This document shows, one piece after another, positions 1-9,233 of a stretch of 64,000 nt of DNA. The notes under the pieces are model-generated. The model did not search any database and had not been told where the DNA came from. It worked only from the letters and a program-made list of their open reading frames with translations. Numbering within the stretch: position 1 is the first letter of the stretch; each line of letters opens with the position of its first letter. The stretch is taken from positions 64,797-128,796 of the forward strand of contig CAYNQS010000001.1 in assembly GCA_964399485.1 (NCBI GenBank). Reading direction: 5' to 3'. The translations under genes and the position numbers were made by a program. The stretch is from an uncultured Candidatus Bathyarchaeia archaeon (GTDB lineage: Archaea; Thermoproteota; Bathyarchaeia; Bathyarchaeales; Bathyarchaeaceae).

Positions 1-446
1 TTGGCATGAAAGTTGTTGTGTCTGATCCATGCATTCAAGATGACGATGTTACTGTTGTTTCTTTGGATCAGCTCTTGAGGATATCCGATTTTATAACTGT
101 CAACTGCCCCTTGACCGAGGGAACCAGAGATCTGATTGGAAGAGAAGAAATCGCCAAAATGAAGGATGGCGCATTTATTGTGAACACTGCGAGAGGCGGC
201 ATCATAAATGAAGAATCATTGCTAGAGGCAGTAAGGTCTGGAAAAGTTGGGGCAGCTTTAGATGTTTTTGTTTCCAAGACACCCTTCGAAGATGAACTGG
301 CAAACAGTCTGATCCATAATGAACGTGTGATTGCCACGCCACACAGTATTGGTCAGAGCCACGAAGCAATCGAAGAAAAAGGCGAAGGCGTACTAAAGGC
401 TATTAAAGACTACATAACCGCCAGCCAAAACGTAACGAAAGCATAG
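1..446 (+). CDS. D-isomer-specific 2-hydroxyacid dehydrogenase (SerA/GyaR-like), C-terminal part; 5' end outside window
   Basis: ORF 6..446 is open to the window edge. Segment FIVNTARGG...LDVF...ATPH is typical of the NAD-dependent D-2-hydroxyacid dehydrogenase family. Confidence 0.8.
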   Translation, partial: GMKVVVSDPCIQDDDVTVVSLDQLLRISDFITVNCPLTEGTRDLIGREEIAKMKDGAFIVNTARGGIINEESLLEAVRSGKVGAALDVFVSKTPFEDELANSLIHNERVIATPHSIGQSHEAIEEKGEGVLKAIKDYITASQNVTKA

Positions 447-563
447 AAATCAGATACTGAAAAGCCTTGCAATCACTCTGATCTATTGCACCTGCATTCT
501 GCCAAAACACGTTGTCTGTTGCACGCCATTTCGAAAAAGGGGATTTGCGGAGGACATCATCAT

Positions 564-596
564 TAGCCGTGGGTTCAATTCCCACCTCAGATTCCA
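564..596 (+). other. Orphan tRNA 3'-end-like fragment (T-arm + acceptor 3' strand + CCA), no 5' half found
   Basis: GTGGG-TTCAATT-CCCAC followed by CTCAGAT-T-CCA. No complementary acceptor 5' strand, D-arm or anticodon arm in the 120 nt upstream. Confidence 0.4.
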
Positions 597-605
597 CGGT
601 TTGCA

Positions 606-1244
606 CTAATTGACCAGTACAAGTCCATTCCACACTGCCTTATTTTTTGTGGGCATATCAAAGGGCAAACCTGCATTTTCTGCTGTTTTGAATACATCGA
701 TTCCGACAGCCTCCATGGATGGTCGGGATTGGTAGGGATGTCTGCAGGGTTCTTGCGAATTCTTTATTGTACATTCAGGGCACAACTTGCATGATCCAGC
801 GTTGAACCCTGTTGCAAAACGATAACCTAACATAGCTGCTTGGGCTTCTACTTTGTTAACTATATGATGCAGTTTCAATTTTATGGGATCAAAGGTTTTC
901 TTGTAGATATCCATAAAATTGGTGCTTTCATACAGCGCTGCAACGTCATCAGCCTGCCGTATTTGCTTCTTCATTTTAGCTGTAATCGGGGCTTCAATCT
1001 GGATGAGTATCGCCCATTTATATTTGGATGATACTTCTCTAAACTCCTGAACACTTATCACGTAAGGGGGACACATCAAATTCAAGCCATAATCATCGCA
1101 GGGTGGTATAATACACTTTAATCTAACTCTTTCATCAACAACCACATCGTTAGCGTTAAAGGATGCAGCGTTTGTCGCCCCGAGTTCTTTTGCTAGCTTA
1201 CATAAACCTTCGAGGTCTCTTTCAATTTGTGACATCAAATTCAC
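606..1244 (-). CDS. DUF2284-type predicted metal-binding protein
   Basis: 212-aa ORF with Cys motifs (CIIPPCDDYG...MCPP, CKLCPEC...CRHP) characteristic of the DUF2284 family. Confidence 0.75.
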   Translation of the reverse strand: MNLMSQIERDLEGLCKLAKELGATNAASFNANDVVVDERVRLKCIIPPCDDYGLNLMCPPYVISVQEFREVSSKYKWAILIQIEAPITAKMKKQIRQADDVAALYESTNFMDIYKKTFDPIKLKLHHIVNKVEAQAAMLGYRFATGFNAGSCKLCPECTIKNSQEPCRHPYQSRPSMEAVGIDVFKTAENAGLPFDMPTKNKAVWNGLVLVN

Positions 1245-1363
1245 AGTATAAACTTCTGGTCATTGAATAAGAAACTTTGCATGCACGAAGGGGGGATTGT
1301 GTGGGAGACATCATCATCCTTAAAATGAATGACAGTCAACTATAGTTTAGGTGTTACATTTGA

Positions 1364-2305
1364 GTGAGGGATACCCTTTTGCATGAATCAGTTTTAGATG
1401 CTGCTGACCGAATAAAACGGCTTGAGGTTCAGGGAGCCAGAAATGTGGCAATAGCCGCCATACAGGCTATCGAAGCGGGGGCAAAACGATCTAAAGCGAG
1501 AGGTAAAGGGGCGTTTCTGAAGGAGCTGAGGGACGCTAAAACGGTTCTTTTCGCTTCTAGAGAAACAGAGCCTCTGATGAGGAACGCCATTCGCCACATA
1601 GTTCACGCGGTGGAAACGAGTGAGGAAGAATCGGTCAGGGAACTGGTGGATGTGGTTTCACAGGTTTCAAGCAGTTTTTTGGAGGGTCTTGAGAGGTCGA
1701 AGGAAAAGATTGCTGCTGTGGGTTCCAAAAGAGTGTCCAACGGTTCAAAGGTTCTTACTCACTGTCACTCTTCAACAGTCACTAACATGTTACTAAAAGC
1801 CAAGCATGAAGGGAAATCGTTTGAAGTTATCTGCACCGAGTCGAGGCCCGCCTTTCAGGGCAGAATCACAGCAAAAGAAATGTTGGACGCTGGGATAGAG
1901 ACCACCTTGATTGTTGATTCTGCTGTGCGGTATTTCGTGAATGATGTTGACCTTGTGGTGGTGGGAGCCGATGCCATAACCTCTGAAGGCAATGTCATAA
2001 ACAAGATTGGAACAAGTATGGTTGCTCTCGCCGCTAAGGAGGCACGGACACCCTTCTATGTGGTTTCGGAGCTTCTGAAGTTTGATCCTCTAACCATCCA
2101 CGGAGATTACGAAACAATAGAGGAAAGAAGCCCACAAGAAGTCTGGAAAGACGCTCCGTCCGGCTTGGACATAAGAAATCCTGCCTTCGACGTCACGAGG
2201 AGAGAATTCATCCACGGAATCATCTGCGAAGAGGGAATCATATCTCCGCACTCGATAAGCGAGTTGATAAGCAGAAAACACCCATGGATATTCGAAGTAA
2301 CCTAA
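1364..2305 (+). CDS. eIF-2B alpha/beta/delta family protein (ribose-1,5-bisphosphate isomerase-like)
   Basis: 313-aa ORF with GTG start. Central and C-terminal motifs (THCHSS, VVVGADAITSEGNVINKIGT, NPAFDVT) match the archaeal e2b2/R15P isomerase family. Confidence 0.8.
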   Translation: MRDTLLHESVLDAADRIKRLEVQGARNVAIAAIQAIEAGAKRSKARGKGAFLKELRDAKTVLFASRETEPLMRNAIRHIVHAVETSEEESVRELVDVVSQVSSSFLEGLERSKEKIAAVGSKRVSNGSKVLTHCHSSTVTNMLLKAKHEGKSFEVICTESRPAFQGRITAKEMLDAGIETTLIVDSAVRYFVNDVDLVVVGADAITSEGNVINKIGTSMVALAAKEARTPFYVVSELLKFDPLTIHGDYETIEERSPQEVWKDAPSGLDIRNPAFDVTRREFIHGIICEEGIISPHSISELISRKHPWIFEVT

Positions 2306-2610
2306 CTTGAGGGGCGCTCACCTTTTTCTTGATTGAGCGGCTTTATGATTCTGATTTTCTTTTCTACCTCTATGAGTTTCTCTTCTAATTTTCTTACATT
2401 TGCGGCGTAGAGTTCTAGACGTTTTCCGTCTATGGCAATCCAGAAAGCGATGGCAACACCGGAGAGCCCCAGTATCAGATAGTAAATGTAGAGAGTTAGG
2501 CTCCAAGTTTCCAGCTGCCCCCACAGACTGCCCAGAACATAGGCTGTCGCAAAAATCATGATCACAAAATTCAGCAAATGAAAATAGGCTAAAAAGGTTC
2601 GCATCCTCAA
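2302..2610 (-). CDS. Small membrane protein with C-terminal coiled coil
   Basis: 102-aa ORF with two hydrophobic helices followed by a heptad-like KLEEKLIEVEKK tail. No recognisable family. Confidence 0.5.
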   Translation of the reverse strand: MRMRTFLAYFHLLNFVIMIFATAYVLGSLWGQLETWSLTLYIYYLILGLSGVAIAFWIAIDGKRLELYAANVRKLEEKLIEVEKKIRIIKPLNQEKGERPSS

Positions 2611-2830
2611 CAGTTTTCACGCCCCAAATAGAATATTTTGTTTGCAGCTTAAAGCTTTCCTGAGCCTAAACAAAAACAATGGCACTGAAATGTTTTACAA
2701 ACAGATTTGTGGTTTCATTCGAATAGTATCGCACCTAAACCTTTTTACCCCAAACCAACTCATTTATGGAGTAAAATAAACCCGAAGGTAAATGATGTTA
2801 AAGAGACTAAATGGAGAATGACCAGAACCC

Positions 2831-3013
2831 ATGCAGACCTTGAGAGATATTCGGGAGAAGATTGCGAAGCTGGAAAGCGAGAAGGCTGAACTTCTGGCGG
2901 AAGTGGAGGAACTCAGAGAAAAGGCAGAAACAAAAGCCGCCTCTCTAGAAGAAGAAGTAGCCCAACTAAGAGAAGAAGCAGAATCCTTGAAGGAAATGCT
3001 CGGCTCCCTCTAG
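2831..3013 (+). CDS. 60-aa coiled-coil protein (paralog of 19485..19667)
   Basis: ATG ORF. Same length and clear similarity to the ORF at 19485 (shared LREKIAKLE.EK..LL.EV..LR..AE.KAA.LE.EVA.LREEAESLK.ML). Confidence 0.6.
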   Translation: MQTLRDIREKIAKLESEKAELLAEVEELREKAETKAASLEEEVAQLREEAESLKEMLGSL

Positions 3014-3107
3014 CGAAACCACCATCCCACCTCAACAGTTCCCCCCATGTGCAAAGGAAGCACAGCCAAAAGTTCCACAGACAAAACCCTAACTGCCGAA
3101 CATGCCC

Positions 3108-3162
3108 CACAATCATATTTGAAGCCTAACAACAGCGCATTGTTGAAATGTACAAAAAATTT
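3108..3162 (-). repeat. Double-hairpin intergenic repeat (M1), copy A
   Basis: The reverse complement reads ACATTTCAACAATGCGCTGTTGTTAGGCTTCAAATATGATTGTG and aligns with the other M1 copies. Confidence 0.7.
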
Positions 3163-3219
3163 TAATGCTTAAGAATTGAACAAGTATAGATTAGTCAACT
3201 AAAAGAGAGGGTATAAGAA

Positions 3220-3999
3220 ATGAAGAAAGATTTGTTTGCTGCTTTTTCATTGCTCATGCTTTGCAGTCTACTGTTGATTACAACTGTTGGAACCGTCATG
3301 GCGGGCAACCAAGACTACTCAATCATAGAGTATTGGACTCAGGTAGCACCCACTTTTGATGGAGAATGGACTTCGCCAGATGAATGGACCGACGGTCAAC
3401 ATGTACAAATATCAGACGCTGGTATGTTCACATATACAGCGGACATAATGCTAACAGGTTCAATGAACTCCCAGTTCCTTGTCGAATTTTTCAGTGACAC
3501 CACCGACGATCCTGAAGACTACTGGCAAATTTGCCTTGACCCATCAGAAGGCGGTGGCTCTGCTCCTGGGACCGGTTATGGCAGAATAGACATTATCGGA
3601 CACACCGAGATAAAATGTTATGAAGGAGACGGAACAGGCTGGACCGAAATTTCGGTAGAATCAGACATAGAATGGGCAGACTCAATCACTGATACTCCGC
3701 TCAATAGCACTGCCCACTGGATTCTAGAATTACAATTTAACAAGGAATCAGGCGCCATGACACTCGCTCAGCCGCCAAATGGATTGAGAATTGCATTTTA
3801 TGATGCAAGCAATCCCGATGCGGGAGTTCAGGCGTGGCCACCAGGCAGTGACGTAGACGTTCCAGATACGTGGGGAGTAATCCCAACTTATTCAATGGAC
3901 CCGATACCAGAGAGCATTGGCTTCGGAGTTGCTGCGTTGCTATCGTCTATTGCGGTTGCTGTTAGCTTCTACTTTTTGCGGAAGCGACCAAAAACCTAA
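3220..3999 (+). CDS. Secreted CBM9/DOMON-like protein with C-terminal PEx-hydrophobic-basic anchor (paralog of 16036..16842)
   Basis: Signal peptide, PTFDGEWTSPDEWTD motif, and a C-terminus IPES + hydrophobic helix + RKRPKT resembling PEF/PGF-CTERM sorting signals. Confidence 0.75.
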   Translation: MKKDLFAAFSLLMLCSLLLITTVGTVMAGNQDYSIIEYWTQVAPTFDGEWTSPDEWTDGQHVQISDAGMFTYTADIMLTGSMNSQFLVEFFSDTTDDPEDYWQICLDPSEGGGSAPGTGYGRIDIIGHTEIKCYEGDGTGWTEISVESDIEWADSITDTPLNSTAHWILELQFNKESGAMTLAQPPNGLRIAFYDASNPDAGVQAWPPGSDVDVPDTWGVIPTYSMDPIPESIGFGVAALLSSIAVAVSFYFLRKRPKT

Positions 4000-4156
4000 A
4001 GTTACGGCTCAGGGAAAACGGGAGAAATAAGCTACACAACCTAAAACCTGCAAACACCAAACCTCCACCCTTTTTTTATGTTTTCCTGACACGGTTCCAT
4101 TTCAAAATTTGCCTTTTACTTGCGACTTTGCCCACCCCCTAAAAGAAAAACAGAAA

Positions 4157-4212
4157 TCATTCATATTAGGAGCCTAATAACAGAAGATTGTTAAAAACAG
4201 TCTTTTTTCCTG
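4157..4212 (-). repeat. M1 repeat, copy B
   Basis: The reverse complement reads CAGGAAAAAAGACTGTTTTTAACAATCTTCTGTTATTAGGCTCCTAATATGAATGA. Lies between the 3' ends of the 3220 gene and tRNA-Glu. Confidence 0.8.
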
Positions 4213-4233
4213 AAAACCAAGAAAGAATAAAAT

Positions 4234-4311
4234 TGGTGCTCCGGCCGGGATTCGAACCCGGGTCGGCGGCTCGAGAGGCCGTCATACTTAACCGGACTAT
4301 ACTACCGGAGC
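4234..4311 (-). tRNA. tRNA-Glu(CUC), CCA encoded
   Basis: Hand-folded cloverleaf: acceptor GCTCCGG/CCGGAGC, T-arm CCGGG-TTCGAAT-CCCGG, anticodon loop CTCTCGA, genomic CCA. Confidence 0.9.
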
Positions 4312-4340
4312 CTAAGTAATACTATTCATTTCCTTTTCCT

Positions 4341-4348
4341 GTATATAG
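4341..4348 (-). promoter_or_regulatory. Candidate TATA box for tRNA-Glu
   Basis: CTATATAC on the tRNA strand, about 30-37 nt upstream of tRNA position 1. Confidence 0.3.
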
Positions 4349-4475
4349 CCACTTCGTCCTGTTCACTGTACATGACGCACTCAAGCTACTTCCAACAGTT
4401 TATTTTCCTATTCCAGATTCAAAAATGCAGGTTTTTAATATGATTCCTAGAACAAAACGAATTTTCGGAAACTAA

Positions 4476-4503
4476 CCTGAAAAACTTGTTATTAGCTATC
4501 TCC
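4476..4503 (+). repeat. Degenerate or internally deleted M1-like copy
   Basis: CCTGAAAAACTTGTTATTAGCTATCTCC matches the M1 5' leader plus the first half of hairpin 2. Sits just past the stop of the 4525..5235 gene. Confidence 0.4.
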
Positions 4504-4524
4504 GTTTGCTGCCTATTGTATGTT

Positions 4525-5235
4525 TTATCTTAGTTTTGCGTTTGGAATTATCTTCTGTGCTGCAGCTAGAAACTTTTGCATTTCCTCGTCTGTAAAGGGT
4601 TTCAGTTTTATAAACTCCGGATTTATGGTTTCTTTGCCGAGGCTGACATCAAACTTCTGCAAAACATATTTTCTGCACCCCACCAAGCTGCGGCATATCT
4701 GCTCTATGCCCTCTTTTTCATGGAGCCTAGGAACAACAGTGGTCCTGAATTCGTAATCCATGCTGGAACCCAACAAGATTTCAACGCTTTCCTTCACGCT
4801 TTCCAGCAAGTTTTCTGCTTTGACACCGCTTGCCTTAGAGTATTTCTCCACAGTTAATGGCGCCTTTACGTCCATAGCTACGTAATCGATGAGACCATTC
4901 TTCATGAGTTTCTTCAGCATAGAAGGGCTGGTGCCGTTCGTATCCACTTTAACTAGGAAACCCATATTCTTTAATCGGGAGCATAGTTCCGGCAAGTCAC
5001 TGTGAAGGGTTGGTTCCCCACCTGTGATGCACACCCCGTCGGTCCAGCCTCTCTGCCTCTCAAGCTGATCTTCCACATATTCAAACGGGATTGTATCCAT
5101 CTTTTCAGGGTTAAAAACAAGATTCAAGTTGTGACAGAAGGGACAGCGAAAGTTACAGTTGGGAAGAAAAATAACAGATGAAATTTTTCCGTCCCAATCC
5201 ACGAAGCTAACATCGATGAATCCTTTTATCTCCAT
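4525..5235 (-). CDS. Radical SAM activating enzyme (anaerobic ribonucleotide reductase activase / PflA-like)
   Basis: CNFRCPFCHN cluster motif, ITGGEPT, VKVDTNG. Family-typical length of 236 aa. Confidence 0.85.
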   Translation of the reverse strand: MEIKGFIDVSFVDWDGKISSVIFLPNCNFRCPFCHNLNLVFNPEKMDTIPFEYVEDQLERQRGWTDGVCITGGEPTLHSDLPELCSRLKNMGFLVKVDTNGTSPSMLKKLMKNGLIDYVAMDVKAPLTVEKYSKASGVKAENLLESVKESVEILLGSSMDYEFRTTVVPRLHEKEGIEQICRSLVGCRKYVLQKFDVSLGKETINPEFIKLKPFTDEEMQKFLAAAQKIIPNAKLR

Positions 5236-5396
5236 TTCTCAAACACTTTCTAACTCTCTGAGTAAATGTGCCTAGCACCTTAAGTTCTTTTATGTCAAAT
5301 AAGCCAATGGAACCAGAAGCTCCAATAAAAAGGAAATCATTATTAAACCGCAACACCAAACCCCAGTATAAAACCAAGATTCTTGCAGGTGATTTT

Positions 5397-6269
5397 ATGC
5401 AAGCAGCAGCGGACACCAAAACTCATGTCATCGATGAACAGACAGTTCTCAGAAAAAGAATGAAGAAGATTAAGCATAAGATAGCGGTTATCAGCGGCAA
5501 GGGAGGAGTCGGCAAAACCGTTACCGCAGTCAACTTAGCCGTAGCTTTTGCCATGCAAGGACACGAAAACCGCGTTGGTCTCTTGGATGCTGACCTTCAT
5601 GGTCCCTGCGTTCCGAAGATGCTTGGCATGGAAGACGAAAAACTTAAGGTGGGACCGATAGGAGCTTTTCCAGCCTTAGGTCCTCTTGGAGTGAAGGTTG
5701 TTTCCATGGCGTTTGTGCTTGCAGGCAAGGAAGTTCCGGTTATATGGCGGGGACCCTTAAAAATGAGGGCAATCGAACAGTTCCTGTCTGAGATAGCTTG
5801 GGGCGAACTTGATTTTCTGCTTATAGATTTGCCTCCTGGAACCGGAGATGAACCATTGAGCGTCATGAAGCTTCTTCCAGAGATGGATGGCGTTGTTATA
5901 GTGACTATTCCCTCGGAGGTGTCCCAGAACGTGGTGGGAAAAGCCATCACATTCTCTAGGCAACTGAAGGTTCCGGTGATCGGGGTAGTTGAAAACATGA
6001 GTGGTTTCATCTGCCCCGAGTGCGGCGCCGAAACTCACATCTTCAAGACTGGAGGAGGCAAAAAAGTGTCTCAAGAATATTCTGTTCCCTTCTTGGGAAG
6101 CATACCTCTTGATCCCAGAATCTGCGAAGCCTCAGACTTGGGGCGCCCATTCATCATGGAATATCCTGATTCACCTGCCTCAAAAGCCTTCATGGAAATA
6201 GTGGAAAAAATCAAGACGTACATTCAAGAAAAAGAAAAACAGTCATCTAAGGAGACTGGCGACAAATAG
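5397..6269 (+). CDS. Mrp/NBP35 (ApbC) family Fe-S cluster carrier ATPase
   Basis: Deviant Walker A SGKGGVGKT, DLPPGTGD, CPECG motif. Start placed at the ATG preceded by AGGTGA; the ORF is open from 5268. Confidence 0.85.
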   Translation: MQAAADTKTHVIDEQTVLRKRMKKIKHKIAVISGKGGVGKTVTAVNLAVAFAMQGHENRVGLLDADLHGPCVPKMLGMEDEKLKVGPIGAFPALGPLGVKVVSMAFVLAGKEVPVIWRGPLKMRAIEQFLSEIAWGELDFLLIDLPPGTGDEPLSVMKLLPEMDGVVIVTIPSEVSQNVVGKAITFSRQLKVPVIGVVENMSGFICPECGAETHIFKTGGGKKVSQEYSVPFLGSIPLDPRICEASDLGRPFIMEYPDSPASKAFMEIVEKIKTYIQEKEKQSSKETGDK

Positions 6270-6288
6270 CCTCCAATTTTTCACATGC

Positions 6289-7146
6289 CTAAAATTCGAT
6301 AATGTCTCCAGTGTGAAGAGGTTGGCATCGGTCTCCGAATGCTTCAGCAAACTTTTTGCCAGCTCTTTTGCCTGTGCAGTGGCACGGTCCAACGAATTTT
6401 AGGTCAAGTTTCTCCAGTTCGTATGCTGTCGCCTGAATTCTCTCGTTCTCTACATTCCCGAGGTGGAAGCCTCCCAGAACCGCGTATACCCTGCTGTTTC
6501 CTGTTATTTTCTGGGCATACTTGATAGTGTTGATTATCCCCGCATGCGCACACCCAGCTACAACAACCAATCCTTTGTTTTCGACATCTATGACCAAAGA
6601 TTGGTCGTCAAGCATCACATCATCAACGAACTTTCTGTTGCGGACTGTCCAGAAGCCTCTAACACTCTCAAAAGCTGTAATTCTGGGGACTTCTCCAGTT
6701 GTGGTAATTCCGTCAGCTATCTTTACAGGATTAGTAGCCAGAATAGGTTTGCCACCAGCAGCCTCAACTTCAGAGGCGTGGAAAGGTGCACCGATAAACT
6801 TTAGATGCGGCTTCATCTTGAGTTTTGGACCGAAAACCGTTGGATGCCCAATAACTGGAACACGTTTTTTCATCCGTTTCAGGGCTTCCAGCAAGCCGCC
6901 TGTGTGGTCGTAGTGACCGTGACTAATCGCAATTACGTCAACATCTTCCAAATTCACGCCCATCGCATCCACATTGTGCAGAAGCGCTTCTGGCGATGCC
7001 CCCGTATCCATCAACACCGTCACTTCGTCGTCGCCAATTTTTGCTTTTGTGAAGAACGAGAGACCATGTTTGCTTTTGAGGTGAGGCTTAGCTGGGCTTT
7101 TAGAGTCTTCGATCAGAACTGTTATCTGGACGTTTTTGGCAGCCAT
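6289..7146 (-). CDS. Metallo-beta-lactamase fold protein (COG1237-like)
   Basis: HGHYDHTGG metal-binding motif; 285 aa. Confidence 0.8.
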   Translation of the reverse strand: MAAKNVQITVLIEDSKSPAKPHLKSKHGLSFFTKAKIGDDEVTVLMDTGASPEALLHNVDAMGVNLEDVDVIAISHGHYDHTGGLLEALKRMKKRVPVIGHPTVFGPKLKMKPHLKFIGAPFHASEVEAAGGKPILATNPVKIADGITTTGEVPRITAFESVRGFWTVRNRKFVDDVMLDDQSLVIDVENKGLVVVAGCAHAGIINTIKYAQKITGNSRVYAVLGGFHLGNVENERIQATAYELEKLDLKFVGPCHCTGKRAGKKFAEAFGDRCQPLHTGDIIEF

Positions 7147-7272
7147 TTTGTTTTCTACCTTGCTTTTTAATTTTTGAGGGCGTATGCAGGTAATATTGTT
7201 CTTCGCTTCATAACTAAAGAGAGTTATGTTTAGAAAATAAACTGGCTAACAAAAAACTTGTGTGCACCCGTC

Positions 7273-7680
7273 TTATGGGGTAATTATGAGTGACCTGAGC
7301 TGCTTCACTCCCTTCCTTGTTGCCAGCTCCTGAGCCAGCTTTCTTATGTCTTCGGCGTCGCCTTTAACCGCAACAGCCTCCAGACAGTCTCGGTCGCTTA
7401 GGTGAACGTGGAGGACTGAATTTATAACTTCTCGATGGTGATGTTGATATTCGACGAGATCGTCTTCCAGACCCTTGATTTCATGATCATAAACCATCAC
7501 CAAGACGCCAGCCTTTTTTCCCTTCTGCTTGTGAAGTAACCGCTGTTCTGCAATAAAAGACGTAACCGCATCCTGAATAGCCTTTGATCTGCTATCATAC
7601 CCCATCTCCTCAACGGTTTCATCCAGCTCCCTCAGCAACTCTGGGGGAAAAGTGACACCAACACGAACAATCTTACCCAT
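7273..7680 (-). CDS. nikR: Nickel-responsive regulator NikR (ribbon-helix-helix + metal-binding domain)
   Basis: N-terminal RHH (VRVGVTFPPELLRELDE) and C-terminal His/Cys-containing ACT-like domain (HHHRE...HVHL...C). Start set at MGKIV. Confidence 0.8.
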   Translation of the reverse strand: MGKIVRVGVTFPPELLRELDETVEEMGYDSRSKAIQDAVTSFIAEQRLLHKQKGKKAGVLVMVYDHEIKGLEDDLVEYQHHHREVINSVLHVHLSDRDCLEAVAVKGDAEDIRKLAQELATRKGVKQLRSLIITP

Positions 7681-8004
7681 GCTTGATTCCCAGCTAAACC
7701 GTTGGCACACTAATCATAAAACCTTTCTCTCTTTCCAATTGTTGCGGGTAAGTGGAAAAAGACTGCGACGAAGCGGTTAATCCAAGAAACAGTCCGAGAC
7801 CTAATCATCCGAATTTGTAGTGTTTTCTGATTTTCTTTTTTATTTCCTTGCTAACCTGTAATAGCAATCCACACTTCTTTAGTCTATAACTGGTGGCTCT
7901 TTAGCAACAAAAAGAAAGAGCGTCAGTCTCCTTCGTCGCCTTCCTTCCCTAAAGAAAAAACAGAAAACAAAACCAATTCACAAACACACAGAGCTACCGC
8001 ATGC

Positions 8005-8349
8005 ATGCATTTATGTGCAGATCATTCATATCTACTGACTATGGAATGTGCAATAGGAAAGGTTAACTTTCTTCGCCGTGGTATTATCTCAATATTAATT
8101 GGTTTATTCATTCTCGCAGTTGGAGTAACCCTTTATCTAAAATTAAACACTGGAACAAGATCTCTAATCATCATCTTAGGATTTTCGACTCCTTTCTTCA
8201 TTATAGGGTCTCTCCTTCTTATATGGCATTATGCCAACCGTAAGAGAAAGATACAGAAACCATCGTCACAATATCTTTTGCAGCTCGCTCTTATATATTC
8301 AATGCGAAACGAATATAGAACTAGCTCTTTCTTGGTGCCCCACAAATAG
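8005..8349 (+). CDS. Hypothetical membrane protein
   Basis: 114-aa ORF with two predicted TM helices. No family recognised. Overlaps the 3' end of the next gene. Confidence 0.4.
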   Translation: MHLCADHSYLLTMECAIGKVNFLRRGIISILIGLFILAVGVTLYLKLNTGTRSLIIILGFSTPFFIIGSLLLIWHYANRKRKIQKPSSQYLLQLALIYSMRNEYRTSSFLVPHK

Positions 8350-8887
8350 GACATGAACTTGAGTTAGCAGGCATCAAAGACCTGCAGTACTCGCAGGGCA
8401 CCATCTCCACCTCTTCTTTGATTACGCCTGCTGCGGCCCTGATTACCTGAAGCTCGATCGTGTCGCTAGTGGCGTCAGGGCGGTCATCCACTCCCACCAC
8501 TCCTTTGATGAGCCAGGAGACGTTTGCATCTATACCGTCTAAGGTTTCACGTCCACTGGCGGGAATGTTCACTTTTATTGGAAACGTCTTTTTGAATCCC
8601 GGCACAATATGCATTGGACCGCTTGCCTTCAAATCGTCTGAAAGAAGAGTGGCTGAATCCCAGTATACGTGCCGCACATTGCGTCGAAGGCGCTCATTGT
8701 ACACCCACCTTTCTCGTCTCCTCTTTTCGATGCATCGGAGCTCTGCTCTTATTTCGGTGGTGTCAAATTCTTCCTTGGAGGATACCGTGATTGTTCCGTT
8801 TATGCTTGAACCCAAAGCCATTGTTCTTTTTGGAATTTCAAGTTTGACTGCAGTTTTTGGTTTCCTGAACATTTTGAAGAAGCCCAA
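8321..8887 (-). CDS. SpoOM/arrestin-N-like protein with C-terminal zinc ribbon
   Basis: N-terminus MGFFKMF...GSSINGTITV resembles the SpoOM family. C-terminus is CEYC...CPIC. Confidence 0.55.
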   Translation of the reverse strand: MGFFKMFRKPKTAVKLEIPKRTMALGSSINGTITVSSKEEFDTTEIRAELRCIEKRRRERWVYNERLRRNVRHVYWDSATLLSDDLKASGPMHIVPGFKKTFPIKVNIPASGRETLDGIDANVSWLIKGVVGVDDRPDATSDTIELQVIRAAAGVIKEEVEMVPCEYCRSLMPANSSSCPICGAPRKS

Positions 8888-9029
8888 AGATTTCTATCTC
8901 CGGTTGGCTGTTATTTTGAAGATAAAGTATCTATTTATGATTTGCGTGTCTCTGCCTCTGAAAGGAAAACTTAGATTTCTGGGATAGAAGATAGAAAGTC
9001 TTTTTGAAACATGGTATGCGCGTTGGGTT

Positions 9030-9233
9030 TCATCTTTTTACAATGAAAGCGATTTTGACATCGGCATTGTATTCCACAATCTTGTTGTCTTCTACTTTGG
9101 CTGTGCATCGCTTAACGTGAACTCCTTTGATGTTCTTAACAGTCTTTGCTGCCTCAGTTACAGCGTTTTGAACAGCCTCGCTCCAGCCCTTCGGTGAACT
9201 ACCTATCAACTCGATAATTTTTACAACAGGCAT
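9030..9233 (-). CDS. Dodecin family flavin-binding protein
   Basis: MPVVKIIELIGSSPKGWSEAVQNAV...VEYNADVKIAF matches dodecin-family sequences. Start set at MPVVK. Confidence 0.8.
   Translation of the reverse strand: MPVVKIIELIGSSPKGWSEAVQNAVTEAAKTVKNIKGVHVKRCTAKVEDNKIVEYNADVKIAFIVKR

Noticed and set aside
5268-5396. N-terminal 43-codon extension of the Mrp/NBP35 ORF
   Set aside because: The extension has no family counterpart and no ribosome-binding site. The ATG at 5397 follows AGGTGA and gives a family-typical length.
6339-7170. Several plus-strand ORFs (61-130 aa) inside the metallo-beta-lactamase gene region
   Set aside because: All are antisense to a well-supported 285-aa gene with the HGHYDH motif. 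They overlap one another in different frames and carry no motifs.
7241-7272. AAAAAACTTG tract downstream of nikR resembling the M1 leader
   Set aside because: Only the T/A tract matches and neither M1 hairpin is present. It is better read as an ordinary oligo-T terminator on the minus strand.
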